64,000 bases of DNA from Sedimentisphaerales bacterium (GCA_963708075.1 OY970194.1:6112001-6176000); one strand, 5' to 3'; shown: positions 1 through 9,375, numbered from the stretch's first letter. Notes: a model not told the origin generated them from the sequence alone. Made by a program: numbers and translations.

Positions 1-4
1 GGAA

Positions 5-418
5 TTGCAGGCACTGACGAAGCTGTCCGAGCTGCAGAGCCGGGCCTTCACGTCATACTGCGGGCTGCCAAAGGAGTACCCGCCCGCCGAGACCACCCAG
101 GAGATCCTGTCGCAGTCGAGTTGGGAGCTGGCGGGGACGGCGGTGGCTCAGTCGAGTGATCGGCCGGATCCCTGGCAGGTCGCGGACTCCATGGTGGAAC
201 TGGGCATCGGCATCTGCGCCCTGCTCGGCGGCGTCGCCGGCACCCGGGCCGTGCGATTCCTCCGTGAGACTCGCACGAAGTCCCAGGCCCTCAGGGAGAT
301 CGTGCAGGGCAACGAGCTGTTCAAGAAGCACAACGAGGATCAGACCCAGGCCTTCAAAGCCGCCCACCAGCTTCAGTCCCCCGAAACGCGCCAGCTCGTC
401 ACCGCGATGAAAGGATAG
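5..418 (+). CDS. Hypothetical protein with one hydrophobic segment, probably 5'-truncated by the window edge
   Basis: Open frame from the window start; hydrophobic stretch LGIGICALLGGVAG; 7 bp upstream of the phage-like replication gene. Confidence 0.6.
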   Translation: MQALTKLSELQSRAFTSYCGLPKEYPPAETTQEILSQSSWELAGTAVAQSSDRPDPWQVADSMVELGIGICALLGGVAGTRAVRFLRETRTKSQALREIVQGNELFKKHNEDQTQAFKAAHQLQSPETRQLVTAMKG

Positions 419-425
419 CGACGCC

Positions 426-1160
426 ATGGCCGAAGGCTTCATCATGCTGCGTCGTACACCCGAGACATTCGAGTTGCTACGGGACCGAAACGCCTTCGTG
501 CTCCTGACCGTGATCGCCTTGCGAGCTCAGCGGACAAACGGGTTCAACATTCGTGGTCTCCAGCCGGGCCAGGCCCTGCTTGGCGACCACGAATGTTATG
601 GGCTGAGTCTGCAACAATACCGCAGCGCGAAGCGGCGCCTCCAACGGTGGCGCTTCGCCGACTTCCAATCAACAAACAGGGGAACGCTGGCAACGCTCCT
701 GGATACAAGGATTTATGATATCCACAAAGACCGGGAGCAACAAGCCTGCAACAGGCCGGCGACAGACCGTGCGCAGGCGACCGACCAACGGCCAACCACT
801 ACCAATAAAGATGAGAAGAAAAGAACTGAGAAGAAGCATCCCGACAACTCTGACGAGTTGCGGCTCGCCCAGTTTCTGCTGGATTCGATCCGCCAGAGGA
901 AAGCGGATATGCGATCCCCGGATCTACAGGCCTGGGCTGTGGAGATCGGCCGCATGATTCGGCTGGACCACCGCGAGCCACAGCGCATCGAGGCGGTCAT
1001 CCGCTGGTGCCGGAAGGACCCCTTCTGGTGGAAGAACATTCTCAGTGCCCGCAAACTACGGGAGCACTTCGACAGGCTTGAGATCGAGATGGGCGGACAA
1101 TCGGCCCGCGAGAGCACGCGGGACCGGATCACCCGCCTGGAACAGGAGGCACCGCTGTGA
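426..1160 (+). CDS. Phage-type replication initiator (O-like / replisome organiser)
   Basis: C-terminal motif FWWKNILSARKLREHFDRL typical of phage replication proteins; N-terminal domain followed by a Q/T/N-rich linker. Confidence 0.7.
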   Translation: MAEGFIMLRRTPETFELLRDRNAFVLLTVIALRAQRTNGFNIRGLQPGQALLGDHECYGLSLQQYRSAKRRLQRWRFADFQSTNRGTLATLLDTRIYDIHKDREQQACNRPATDRAQATDQRPTTTNKDEKKRTEKKHPDNSDELRLAQFLLDSIRQRKADMRSPDLQAWAVEIGRMIRLDHREPQRIEAVIRWCRKDPFWWKNILSARKLREHFDRLEIEMGGQSARESTRDRITRLEQEAPL

Positions 1161-1762
1161 ACCGTGACGAGCGTCTGCGATTCATCGACCATGAACTGAA
1201 GGGCCTGTGGCCCGATTGGGAGCCCACAGACGCGGAGCTTCGGCTATGGATGGGCATACTGACCGATCGCCCCTATGACCCGGCACGCCGGGTGCTGCAG
1301 GAGTGCTTCTGCGGCCCCGCGGGCCACTATCGCCGCCCCAAACCCGCGGCCTTCATGGAAGCGCTCAAAGCTCTGTCTGCATGCGGCCCCATGGCCCGGA
1401 CGGCCCCGCAGGATACGGAGCCCGGTGTCTTCATTGAGTGCATGGAGCCGCCGGAGGGCCAGCCGCACCTGCTTGGCATGCGGCAACCTGTGATTGTCCT
1501 GCCCGTCTCGCGGCGGGATGATGCGGACTACGTTCAGGCCTGTGCCGAATCCCTGCGCAAGCAAGCCCAGGAGCACGACGGCGGTCAATGGATCACCATC
1601 CGGCCCAGGCCGTCGACCGACGATACTCTCCGCGGACCACCCGCCCGACAGGCGGCTTGCGACCAGATCCTCGCCGGCCCCGATACCCCGGGCCGCCGCT
1701 ATCTCCTCCGACGCCAGGAGGCGGGGAGTTTCAAACTCGTCCCAGACACAAAAGCACCATGA
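1157..1762 (+). CDS. Putative phage helicase loader/inhibitor (G39P- or P-like N-terminus)
   Basis: GTGA overlap with the replication gene; pattern WPDW...LWMGILTDRPYD...PKPA; typical position after an initiator. Confidence 0.5.
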   Translation: MNRDERLRFIDHELKGLWPDWEPTDAELRLWMGILTDRPYDPARRVLQECFCGPAGHYRRPKPAAFMEALKALSACGPMARTAPQDTEPGVFIECMEPPEGQPHLLGMRQPVIVLPVSRRDDADYVQACAESLRKQAQEHDGGQWITIRPRPSTDDTLRGPPARQAACDQILAGPDTPGRRYLLRRQEAGSFKLVPDTKAP

Positions 1763-1853
1763 TTCGGGAATCTCAGCCTGGCCCGGGTCCGGGCATTATG
1801 CCGTCGCCGTTGACGGCACCAAGAGCCACACAGGACCACATCCCCGACCGGGG

Positions 1854-2252
1854 GGGTGTGGTCGGAATTCGGTGGCGGCGTGTAGCCGCCGTGTGCGGAC
1901 TGCGCCTCTTTCGTCCCTTACGGGACTGGCTTTTGTCCTCGGCCCCGGTTCCCCAGCGATAAATCGCTGGGCTATTCTCTATCGCCCTGCGGGCTTGAAC
2001 TGCGCCCGGACGGGTTGATCATTATCCCGCAGGCGTTGCGGCTATTGGCTATCGCCCTGCGGGCTTGGACTTCGCTCCAGTCCTCTTGCGTCGGCCCGTC
2101 CGCCCCACGGGGGCGATCGACACTAGCCCACCGTTTCAACGGTGGGTACGATAGTCAATCCTATCTCAAAGCCCCGTAGGGGCGAAAGAAGACTGGGCTG
2201 CGCTCTTGTGTCGGGTGCAATCCGAATCCGCCACCGAATGCCGACCGCACCT
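1854..2252. mobile_element. MITE copy 1 (399 bp)
   Basis: 25-bp TIRs (GGGTGTGGTCGGAATTCGGTGGCGG at 1854-1878; 22/25 inverse match at 2228-2252); 8-bp direct repeat GACCGGGG at 1846-1853 and 2253-2260; near-identical inverted copy at 4100-4428. Confidence 0.85.
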
Positions 2253-2395
2253 GACCGGGGCCCGCCGGGTGTTGGGCCTTGCGTTCGGGGGGGGAAGTAC
2301 GGTAGAATAGACAAGGTAGCTTCTGAGGGATCGGTCGGTTGGGAGTCAGGAGGGGCTCCACCCTGTTGCATGGTGAAAGTTGAGAGGGTGACTTC

Positions 2396-3862
2396 GTGTT
2401 TGAACAGTCATTTTCCGGTGGATTGGGGCGTGCGATTTCACTGTGGCTTGTGATTCACGCGTTCAGTCTCACGGCCTGGGCCGCCTATGGCGGGGGTAGC
2501 GGCACACGGGAAGATCCATACCTGATCTTCACGGCCGCCCAGTTGAATGCGATCGGTGCACAGCCCCAGGATTGGAGCGGCCACTTCAAATTGATGGCCG
2601 ACATTGACCTGAGCGGCTATCGGGGGACCGAGTTCAAGACGATTGGCACGCCGGAGGATGGGCCGTTCACGGGCACCTTCGATGGCAATTACAAGACGAT
2701 ATCCAATTTTCAGTGGTCGTCCGAATGGGCGTGGTACGTTGGCCTCTTTGGCATCGTGCAGGGCGAACAGGCCGCGATCACGAATCTGACTCTGGTGAAC
2801 CCCAGCGTCGCGATGGACATCGGCTCGTATGCCGCCGCATTGGTGGGATTCGTCCGCACGGCAACGATCGCGAACTGTCACGTTCGCGGCGGCACGATCT
2901 CAGGCGACGACTGTGTCGGCGGCCTCGTGGGCAGGAGAGACGGGGGCACAATCGCGGACTGCACAGTCCGGGCCACGGTGAGCGGGGCCGTCCGTGTTGG
3001 CGGCCTGGCCGGCTACTGCTATTGGGGGCTGACCGAACGTTGCACTGTGGCAGGTCAGGTGACGGGGCGCTCCGAGTCCGGGTGCTGGGCCGCCGGCGGC
3101 CTTATTGGCAAGAGTGAGAATGGGAGCGTGGCGGACTGTGGTGCACGCGGCTCAGTCAAGGGCTACCGGAGCGTTGGCGGCCTGATTGGCCAGAACGCCA
3201 TCACGGGTATTCGCCGCTGCTGGACCGATGGTGTGGTATCCGGCGAGCAGGATATCGGCGGGTTGAGCGGGCGAAACGACGGCGGAAAGATCAGCGACTG
3301 CTACTCCCTGGCCGATGTTTTCGGCGGTGTCTTCGTCGGGGGACTGGTGGGTCAGAACGGACCATCGTGTGACTGTATAGTGCATGAGGATGGCGTCATT
3401 GAGCGATGCTTTGCGGCCGGCGCGGTTTCGGGCACGTCAGATGTCGGCGGCCTGGTCGCCGTGAACAAGACGGGTTACATCACGGATTCCTTCTGGGACG
3501 TGCAAACCACCGGTTGCCAGACCAGCGCCGGCGGCAGTGAAAAGACGACAATGCAGATGCAGAGTCTCTCTACGTACATCCAGGCCGGCTGGGACCTCGA
3601 CGGAGAGGAACAGAACGGAACGGAGGACATCTGGTGTCTGCCTGCTCTCGGGAGTTATCCCCGGCTTGCCTGGCAGACTGCCGAGGGCGACGTCAACGGC
3701 GATGGCAACGTGGATTTCCGCGACTTTGGTATCTTTGCACTGCGGTGGCGGCAGATAGACAACGGCTTCTGGTCACGCGGAACCTTCCTGACGGCGGACG
3801 GCATCATCGACTTCGACGATCTCAGTGTCTTGGCCCACGCCTGGCTGACCGGCGGTAAATAG
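2396..3862 (+). CDS. Secreted GLUG-motif repeat protein with C-terminal dockerin/EF-hand-like domain
   Basis: Signal peptide; GGSGTREDPYLI; repeated VGGLVG/IGGLSG motifs; GDVNGDGNVDFRDF. Confidence 0.85.
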   Translation: MFEQSFSGGLGRAISLWLVIHAFSLTAWAAYGGGSGTREDPYLIFTAAQLNAIGAQPQDWSGHFKLMADIDLSGYRGTEFKTIGTPEDGPFTGTFDGNYKTISNFQWSSEWAWYVGLFGIVQGEQAAITNLTLVNPSVAMDIGSYAAALVGFVRTATIANCHVRGGTISGDDCVGGLVGRRDGGTIADCTVRATVSGAVRVGGLAGYCYWGLTERCTVAGQVTGRSESGCWAAGGLIGKSENGSVADCGARGSVKGYRSVGGLIGQNAITGIRRCWTDGVVSGEQDIGGLSGRNDGGKISDCYSLADVFGGVFVGGLVGQNGPSCDCIVHEDGVIERCFAAGAVSGTSDVGGLVAVNKTGYITDSFWDVQTTGCQTSAGGSEKTTMQMQSLSTYIQAGWDLDGEEQNGTEDIWCLPALGSYPRLAWQTAEGDVNGDGNVDFRDFGIFALRWRQIDNGFWSRGTFLTADGIIDFDDLSVLAHAWLTGGK

Positions 3863-4099
3863 CGTCGCAAGGTAACCAGGAAGGTCCCGGCGCCGCCCAG
3901 CCGTGCCTGTTCGTCAAGTGTATCAAGCCCCGCCCGGGATACTCGCCCTGCACACGCATGCCTGAGTGCCGTAACTCCTGTTTACACAAGTAGTAACGTC
4001 GTTTTCAGGCTTCAGGGACTGTGTTTCTGACGGGGTCCAAGGCTATCCCACGGGTCAGCGGGGCGATATGGGAGGTCGTGGCAGATGCCGGGATGAAGG

Positions 4100-4428
4100 G
4101 GGTGCGGTCGGCATACGGTGGCGGATTCGGATTCCACCTGACACAAGAGCGCAGCCCAGTCTTCTTTCGCCCCTACGGGGCTTTGAGATAGGATTGACTA
4201 TCGTACCCACCGTTGAAACGGTGGGCTAGTGTCGATCGCCCCCGTGGGGCGGACGAGCCGACGCAAGAGGACTGAAGCGAAGTCCAAGCCCGCAGGGCGA
4301 TAGAGAATAGCCCAGCGATTGATCGCTGGGGAACCGGGGCCGAGGACAAAAGCCAGTCCCGTAAGGGACGAAAGAGGCGCAGTCCGCACACGGCGGCTAC
4401 ACGCCGCCACCGAATTCCGACCACACCC
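4100..4428. mobile_element. MITE copy 2 (329 bp), inverted relative to copy 1
   Basis: 25-bp TIRs (22/25); 8-bp direct repeat GATGAAGG at 4092-4099 and 4429-4436. Confidence 0.85.
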
Positions 4429-4463
4429 GATGAAGGTCCTGTAAGGTTTTATGTACTTTCATG

Positions 4464-4492
4464 TTGACTTTGGTGTGCAAATTGGGTAATAT
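4464..4492 (+). promoter_or_regulatory. Sigma70-like promoter of the PEP-CTERM gene
   Basis: TTGACT-N17-TAATAT. Confidence 0.55.
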
Positions 4493-4563
4493 AGGTGGAC
4501 TGGTGAATCTGGTTCAGGGCATTTGCCCTATTGTCGTGAGCCCTATCAGGGATAGAGCCATTC

Positions 4564-5277
4564 GTGAGGAGGACTACGGTGAAGACTTTGAAGTTCAGTC
4601 AAATAGTATTGTGCGGCATGGTTTTACTGTCCTTGAACAGCCTGGCGGGTGCAAGTGTGACACTCTACGCGGGACTTCCGTACCTGTCAGCAGCCGACAG
4701 CCCGTTCACCGGAGCGGGACTGGGGTACTTCTACCTCGAAGATTTTGAGGATGGACTTCTGAACACGCCCGGAGTCACCGCCTCTGCGGGAATTTCGACC
4801 AAGCCGACCTTTCCGGCCCTCTATACGGACTCGGTCGATGGTGACGACGGCGCTATCGACGGCAGCGGTCAGGGCGGCAACTCCTGGTTCTTCACCAACG
4901 GCGCCACGGGCGTCACGTTCACATTCGACGCCATGGTGCTCGGCTCGCTGCCGACTCAGGTCGGCATCGTCTGGACGGACGGCTCGGACCCCATCCAATT
5001 CGAGTTCTTCGACGGGGCCTCCAATCTGATCGCATGGGGCAGTGTGGTGGCGCCGGCCGACGGCAACTGGGAAGGCGGCACCGCCGAAGACCGCTTCTTC
5101 GGCCTGGACAATCCGATTGGCATTGGGTCCGTCCACATTTGGAGCGGCGCGGGCGCCGGCATTGAAGTGGATCATCTCCAGTACGGCGGAACCCCGATCC
5201 CGGCGCCGGGTGCACTGCTCCTGTGCGGCATCGGCGCAGGTGTCATCGGCTGGATACGAAGAAACAGGATGCTGTAA
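4564..5277 (+). CDS. PEP-CTERM-type (PAP variant) sorted surface protein
   Basis: Signal peptide; C-terminal IPAPGALLLCGIGAGVIGWIRRNR (PxP motif, TM helix, basic tail). Confidence 0.85.
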   Translation: MRRTTVKTLKFSQIVLCGMVLLSLNSLAGASVTLYAGLPYLSAADSPFTGAGLGYFYLEDFEDGLLNTPGVTASAGISTKPTFPALYTDSVDGDDGAIDGSGQGGNSWFFTNGATGVTFTFDAMVLGSLPTQVGIVWTDGSDPIQFEFFDGASNLIAWGSVVAPADGNWEGGTAEDRFFGLDNPIGIGSVHIWSGAGAGIEVDHLQYGGTPIPAPGALLLCGIGAGVIGWIRRNRML

Positions 5278-5329
5278 TCAGTCGCAGATCCGTCCCAGCC
5301 AAACCGCCGGCTGAAGACAACGCAAGTAC

Positions 5330-5360
5330 AAGGGCCGAGTTCAAAAGCTCGGCCCTTTCT
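5330..5360. terminator. Hairpin terminator between convergent genes
   Basis: AGGGCCGAG-ttcaaaag-CTCGGCCCT followed by TTCT. Confidence 0.6.
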
Positions 5361-5401
5361 ATTGGCACCCAGCGAGACGGCACGGATTCGAACTGCGCCG
5401 A

Positions 5402-6013
5402 TCACTGCCTGGATGGCGGTTTGAGGTTGCGGAGGAATTCGAGGGCTTTCTGAGTGTCTCGCGAGGCATCGACGTTGGTGTCTTTGTAGAGGACCTTGCC
5501 GTCCTGGCCCAGGATAAAGGTCCAGCGGGCGAAGGTGTGGGGCCGCTTGAGGGTGACTTCTTTATCGGCGATGGTGGTCTTGAATGATCCGCCCTTGCTG
5601 ATCGGGACGCCGAACCGGCGGGCGATGCAGCCGTTCACATCGGACAGCAGCGTGAAGTTCAGGTTGTGGGCATCCCGGAATACCTTGAGATTGTTCACGG
5701 GATCGGCGCTGATGCCGATGACTTCGACATCGAGCCCGCTCAGGTCCGCCGCCTGGTCGCGATAGCCGCACGCCTGCTTCGTGCACCCGCCCGTCATCGC
5801 CGCCGGATAGAAGTACACGACCACGTACTTGCCATGACCGACGTGCTCCTCGGTCTGCCACAAATCGCCCGCGTGGGTGTTCGCGTTGAACTCGGGTGCC
5901 TTGTCCCCGACGGCAAGCACCGGCGACTGTCCCTCCGTCTCACCCGAGGCGACCCCGAGGCCGACAAATAAGCACAAAGCACAGCAGATGACACAGCATG
6001 AGATGCGACGCAT
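5402..6013 (-). CDS. Peroxiredoxin (BCP/PrxQ-like) with signal peptide
   Basis: YFYPAAMTGGCTKQAC (PxxxTxxC) motif; VGDKAPEF. Confidence 0.88.
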   Translation of the reverse strand: MRRISCCVICCALCLFVGLGVASGETEGQSPVLAVGDKAPEFNANTHAGDLWQTEEHVGHGKYVVVYFYPAAMTGGCTKQACGYRDQAADLSGLDVEVIGISADPVNNLKVFRDAHNLNFTLLSDVNGCIARRFGVPISKGGSFKTTIADKEVTLKRPHTFARWTFILGQDGKVLYKDTNVDASRDTQKALEFLRNLKPPSRQ

Positions 6014-6159
6014 GGCACGAATCTCCTATTCACACGGACCCATGGACTGCGACTGCCGGCAGTCCCATCTGCCTGGAGTACGCATCGGATTGCTCGTGGT
6101 TCGCGGGGGACGGCTTGAGTCTGTATGCGGCGGCGCCCGTGAGAAACAAAGCCAAAAGT

Positions 6160-6201
6160 CAAGCACCGCCTGAGGCCTCCGCTGGGCTCAGGCGGTGCTT
6201 G
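6160..6201 (-). terminator. Strong hairpin after the M56 gene, probable terminator
   Basis: 15-bp stem CAAGCACCGCCTGAG / CTCAGGCGGTGCTTG; short T tract follows on the minus strand. Confidence 0.55.
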
Positions 6202-6223
6202 GGTATTGAGACTGGGGGTCGGG

Positions 6224-8779
6224 CTAGCGCGGCCGCATAGACGGGGTGGGCGGCGCCGGCGGGGCGATCACGATGGTGACGTCCTCGATCTGGCGTTCGG
6301 CTCCGGTGTCGAGGCCCGTCGAGAGAATGTTCTGATCCTTGTAGAAAATCGACTGGACCACCATGTCGCTGGCCTTGGGCATGAAACGCAGGACCACTTG
6401 GCCGGGGAGCATGCCCTCAATGACGAACGTGCCGGGGGTGGGGAAGTCCATGTACTCTTCCTCGTAATCGCCGGCGCCGGCGTTGAAGGTGGGGTCGGCC
6501 CTGTTTTCGGTAGCCGTATAGCGATTGGCCTTGCCGGACCAGGATTGATATTCGGGAGTGGGATAGCCGAAGCGGTACCCCAGGCCGTACGCCGGCTCGC
6601 CCATCTGGATTTCCTTGCCGGCCGTATCCACGAGCTTGCCGCGAATCGTGACGCCAGGCTTCAGCGAAAGGTCCAGGCGGCTCTCCTTCGTCTGGCTGCT
6701 GATCGTCAGGGGCTGCCTGTGCTTGACGAATCCGAACGGTTTGGCATCCACGTGGACCAGGAAGTCGCCGGGAGCCAGGGTGTCGATGCGGTAGTGCCCC
6801 TGGGCGTCGGTGTAGGTCGTGATGTGGTCAAAGAGCATATCCTTGTGATGCACGACGACCAGGGCCTTCTCGATGGGACTGCCCGTGACCCGGTCGATGA
6901 CCGTGCCCTCCAGGACGTACTCGCCGTGCTTCTGCAGGTGGATGTCCACGTTGTCGGCGGACTTCCCTTTCTCCAGGAGCACTTTCTGCGCCTTGCTCCT
7001 GTCGAGAGTACCAGGATAGTAGCACGGCGGATAGTAGTCGTCCCTGTCCTCGGACCGGATCTCCTGCGCCATGACATAGAATGGGCCTGTGTCCAGCCTG
7101 TCCAGCACATACGAGCCGTCGGCCTTCACCGGCTCCCGGGCGGCAATCTCAAAGGTGGCTCCGATGCTGTCAGGGGCGTCCTTCTGTTGCCACGCCACGA
7201 CCCAGAGCTTCACGTTGCTCAGGGGCTGTCCATTTTCGTCGAGAACGAGGCCCGAAATGTTGGCGGCGGGTTCGGGCTTGAGCACGATGTTGGTTCTCTG
7301 CTCGCCTTCCTTGAGCGTGAAGGACGGGCGCTGGGCTGTCGACCCTTCCGGATCATAGGCGAAGTCCTGGTAGCCGGCGGTGTTGACCGTTCTCAGGCCA
7401 TAGGTGCCGGCGGCGATATCCTTGAACAGGAACGACCCATCGCTCGCCACGCGGATGAAGATGGCGTCAAAGGTGTCGTTGCTGAACAGGTAAACCGTGG
7501 CGTGATCGACGGGCTCGCCGCTGTCGGCCGAGATCACCCGTCCGCTGAGGGAGCAGTCTCCGTTCGGTCGTCGCTCCCCGGGTCCGAGGTGCTCTTCCTG
7601 CGGACGGAAGGACGTGTCGTTGACATCTGTGGAAACGGCGCCGGCCAGCATCACGGCCGTCGCCGGCACAGGGGAAACACTGGGGTTCGGCCGAGCGCTC
7701 AGGCGGATCGTGCCCAGCGCTATGAAGCACAGCAGGAAGCTCACCGCGCACGTCCAGGCGGATCGGCGCGTCATGCGGGTGATGCGGTTATGCTGCGGGT
7801 CGAGCAGGCTGCGGACTCTCGACAGCAGTCCGCCCTCAAACAAGGCTACGGTCGGTAGATGGCTCGTCTTCATAAGAATTCGCTCCCCAATGTCTGAAAG
7901 CAATTGCATGTAGTCGTCGACGGAAATGCCTCGGGCAAGGACCCAGTTGTCGCAGATCCGCTCTCGCTCGTGGGTCAGTTGCCGGCTGGCGAGCCAGATG
8001 AGCGAGTGGAAGAAGAACACCGATTCGAGCAGCCGCTGGAAGAGATTCACCCAGCAGTCGCCCCGGTCGATGTGCGCCAGCTCGTGAGTCAGGACCATGC
8101 GCAGGTCCTTCGAGGAGGCGTCCTGATACATTCGCTGAGGCAGCAGGATGACCGGGCGCAACATTCCGAAGCACACGGGCCCGGGCAGTCGCTCTGTCAG
8201 CCGGATTTCAAGCCTGCGGCCGGACAAGTCCCCGGCAAGCTCGCGCGGCTCGACAAGCGTTGCCGAGCGGCAGATCCTTCGGAGCCGATACCCTCCGACG
8301 GCTAACCGGATGAGCATGATCGCGAATCCGGCAAGCCACACGCCGGCGACCGCGACTTTCCAGGAAATCATGTTCGCCCACGGAGCGGAATAATGGGGCG
8401 ATGTACCCTTGCCTGGTGCACCGGACTGCTCCCGCGTCACAGGCACGACAGCAGTCTCCGGCCCAGGCTGTGACGCGACCGGTGCCTCACTTGCCTTCGG
8501 GGGCTGTGCTGGCGTTTGCGGCAGGGGGGGAGCCTCGCTCACGTGGACGCGTGCGGGCAGGACCGGCAGCATCAGCTTGGGGCCGTGCAGCCAGATCGCC
8601 GGCAGCGCGACCGTGCCGATCAGACAGTAGAGCCAGACCATGTGGCGATAGACGGGGGCCCGCAGGCGGGTGGCCCGGAGCGTGAGCCACGCCAGCGGCA
8701 CGAGGATGGCGGCGGCGATCGATCCGATGAGCAGGTAACGCACCGCCGCATCCGCTGAGGTACTGACGATCTCATTCAT
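6224..8779 (-). CDS. BlaR1/MecR1-like M56 peptidase with carboxypeptidase-regulatory-like extracellular repeats
   Basis: TM segments; HELAH zincin motif; ERERICD; repeated xSGRV-D..GxP / TDAQGHY beta-sandwich motifs; overlaps the blaI-like gene. Confidence 0.88.
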   Translation of the reverse strand: MNEIVSTSADAAVRYLLIGSIAAAILVPLAWLTLRATRLRAPVYRHMVWLYCLIGTVALPAIWLHGPKLMLPVLPARVHVSEAPPLPQTPAQPPKASEAPVASQPGPETAVVPVTREQSGAPGKGTSPHYSAPWANMISWKVAVAGVWLAGFAIMLIRLAVGGYRLRRICRSATLVEPRELAGDLSGRRLEIRLTERLPGPVCFGMLRPVILLPQRMYQDASSKDLRMVLTHELAHIDRGDCWVNLFQRLLESVFFFHSLIWLASRQLTHERERICDNWVLARGISVDDYMQLLSDIGERILMKTSHLPTVALFEGGLLSRVRSLLDPQHNRITRMTRRSAWTCAVSFLLCFIALGTIRLSARPNPSVSPVPATAVMLAGAVSTDVNDTSFRPQEEHLGPGERRPNGDCSLSGRVISADSGEPVDHATVYLFSNDTFDAIFIRVASDGSFLFKDIAAGTYGLRTVNTAGYQDFAYDPEGSTAQRPSFTLKEGEQRTNIVLKPEPAANISGLVLDENGQPLSNVKLWVVAWQQKDAPDSIGATFEIAAREPVKADGSYVLDRLDTGPFYVMAQEIRSEDRDDYYPPCYYPGTLDRSKAQKVLLEKGKSADNVDIHLQKHGEYVLEGTVIDRVTGSPIEKALVVVHHKDMLFDHITTYTDAQGHYRIDTLAPGDFLVHVDAKPFGFVKHRQPLTISSQTKESRLDLSLKPGVTIRGKLVDTAGKEIQMGEPAYGLGYRFGYPTPEYQSWSGKANRYTATENRADPTFNAGAGDYEEEYMDFPTPGTFVIEGMLPGQVVLRFMPKASDMVVQSIFYKDQNILSTGLDTGAERQIEDVTIVIAPPAPPTPSMRPR

Positions 8780-9164
8780 CTTGCCTTTTCCTTTCCGCTA
8801 TCAGTTTCCGAATCTCTCGCAATTCATCTTCGGTGATGTGATTCTGCTCCACGAGGCTGCTGACGAGCAGGGACGGCGAGCCCTCGAAGACGCGTTCGAG
8901 GAGGTCGCCGAGCATGCTGTGTCGGGCCTGCTCCCGGCTGATCGTGGCTCGGTACACAAAGGTGCGGTCCGCCACGTCGTGCTCCAGGTAGCCCTTGGCC
9001 TCGAGCTTTCGCATCATGGTCAGGATAGTGCTGTAGGCTGGCTTGCGGCCGCGGGTGAGGGCTTCCTTGACGTCGTGAACGGTCGCCGTGCCCTTGTTCC
9101 AGACGACACTCATGATCTGCAGCTCCAGGCGGCCCAAACGAATCTCTGACGCCTTCTTCGACAT
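8772..9164 (-). CDS. BlaI/MecI/CopY family repressor
   Basis: LGRLELQIMSVVW...TVHDV...AYSTILTMMRKLEAKGYL...FVY. Confidence 0.93.
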   Translation of the reverse strand: MSKKASEIRLGRLELQIMSVVWNKGTATVHDVKEALTRGRKPAYSTILTMMRKLEAKGYLEHDVADRTFVYRATISREQARHSMLGDLLERVFEGSPSLLVSSLVEQNHITEDELREIRKLIAERKRQDE

Positions 9165-9189
9165 GAAACGACTCCTTCAATCGCTTTGC

Positions 9190-9229
9190 ATTATGATAGT
9201 AATATTACCACGGTAATAGACAAGGTCAA
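9190..9229 (-). promoter_or_regulatory. Promoter of the blaI-blaR-like operon with two abutting operator palindromes
   Basis: ATTATGATAGTAAT (9190-9203) + ATTACCACGGTAAT (9204-9217); minus strand TTGACC-N16-TAATAT with TGn extension. Confidence 0.7.
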
Positions 9230-9297
9230 CAAGAAAAATCCCCAGAAGCGAAATATTTTTTCCGAGGCGTCTGACGGGTGCAAACCGCCGGGATTTC

Positions 9298-9375
9298 GGG
9301 TGCCATGTCCACGCCCCGTGGACATGCTCCGTCGATCGGGCAAGGCATGCTTACGCGAGCGTAAGCATGGCACCC
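9298..9375. repeat. REP-like palindromic doublet (GGGTGCCATG family)
   Basis: Ends GGGTGCCATG / CATGGCACCC with two internal hairpins; related copy at 41491-41562. Confidence 0.75.

Noticed and set aside
1854..2252. CRISPR array or protein-coding ORFs in the hairpin-rich region
   Set aside because: No regularly spaced identical repeats; the overlapping short ORFs are translations of the MITE
6206..7858. Long antisense ORFs (also 15220-16467, 16954-18366, 20496-22469, 44513-45901, 49245-51161)
   Set aside because: Shadow frames of well-supported genes in high-GC DNA; no recognisable motifs
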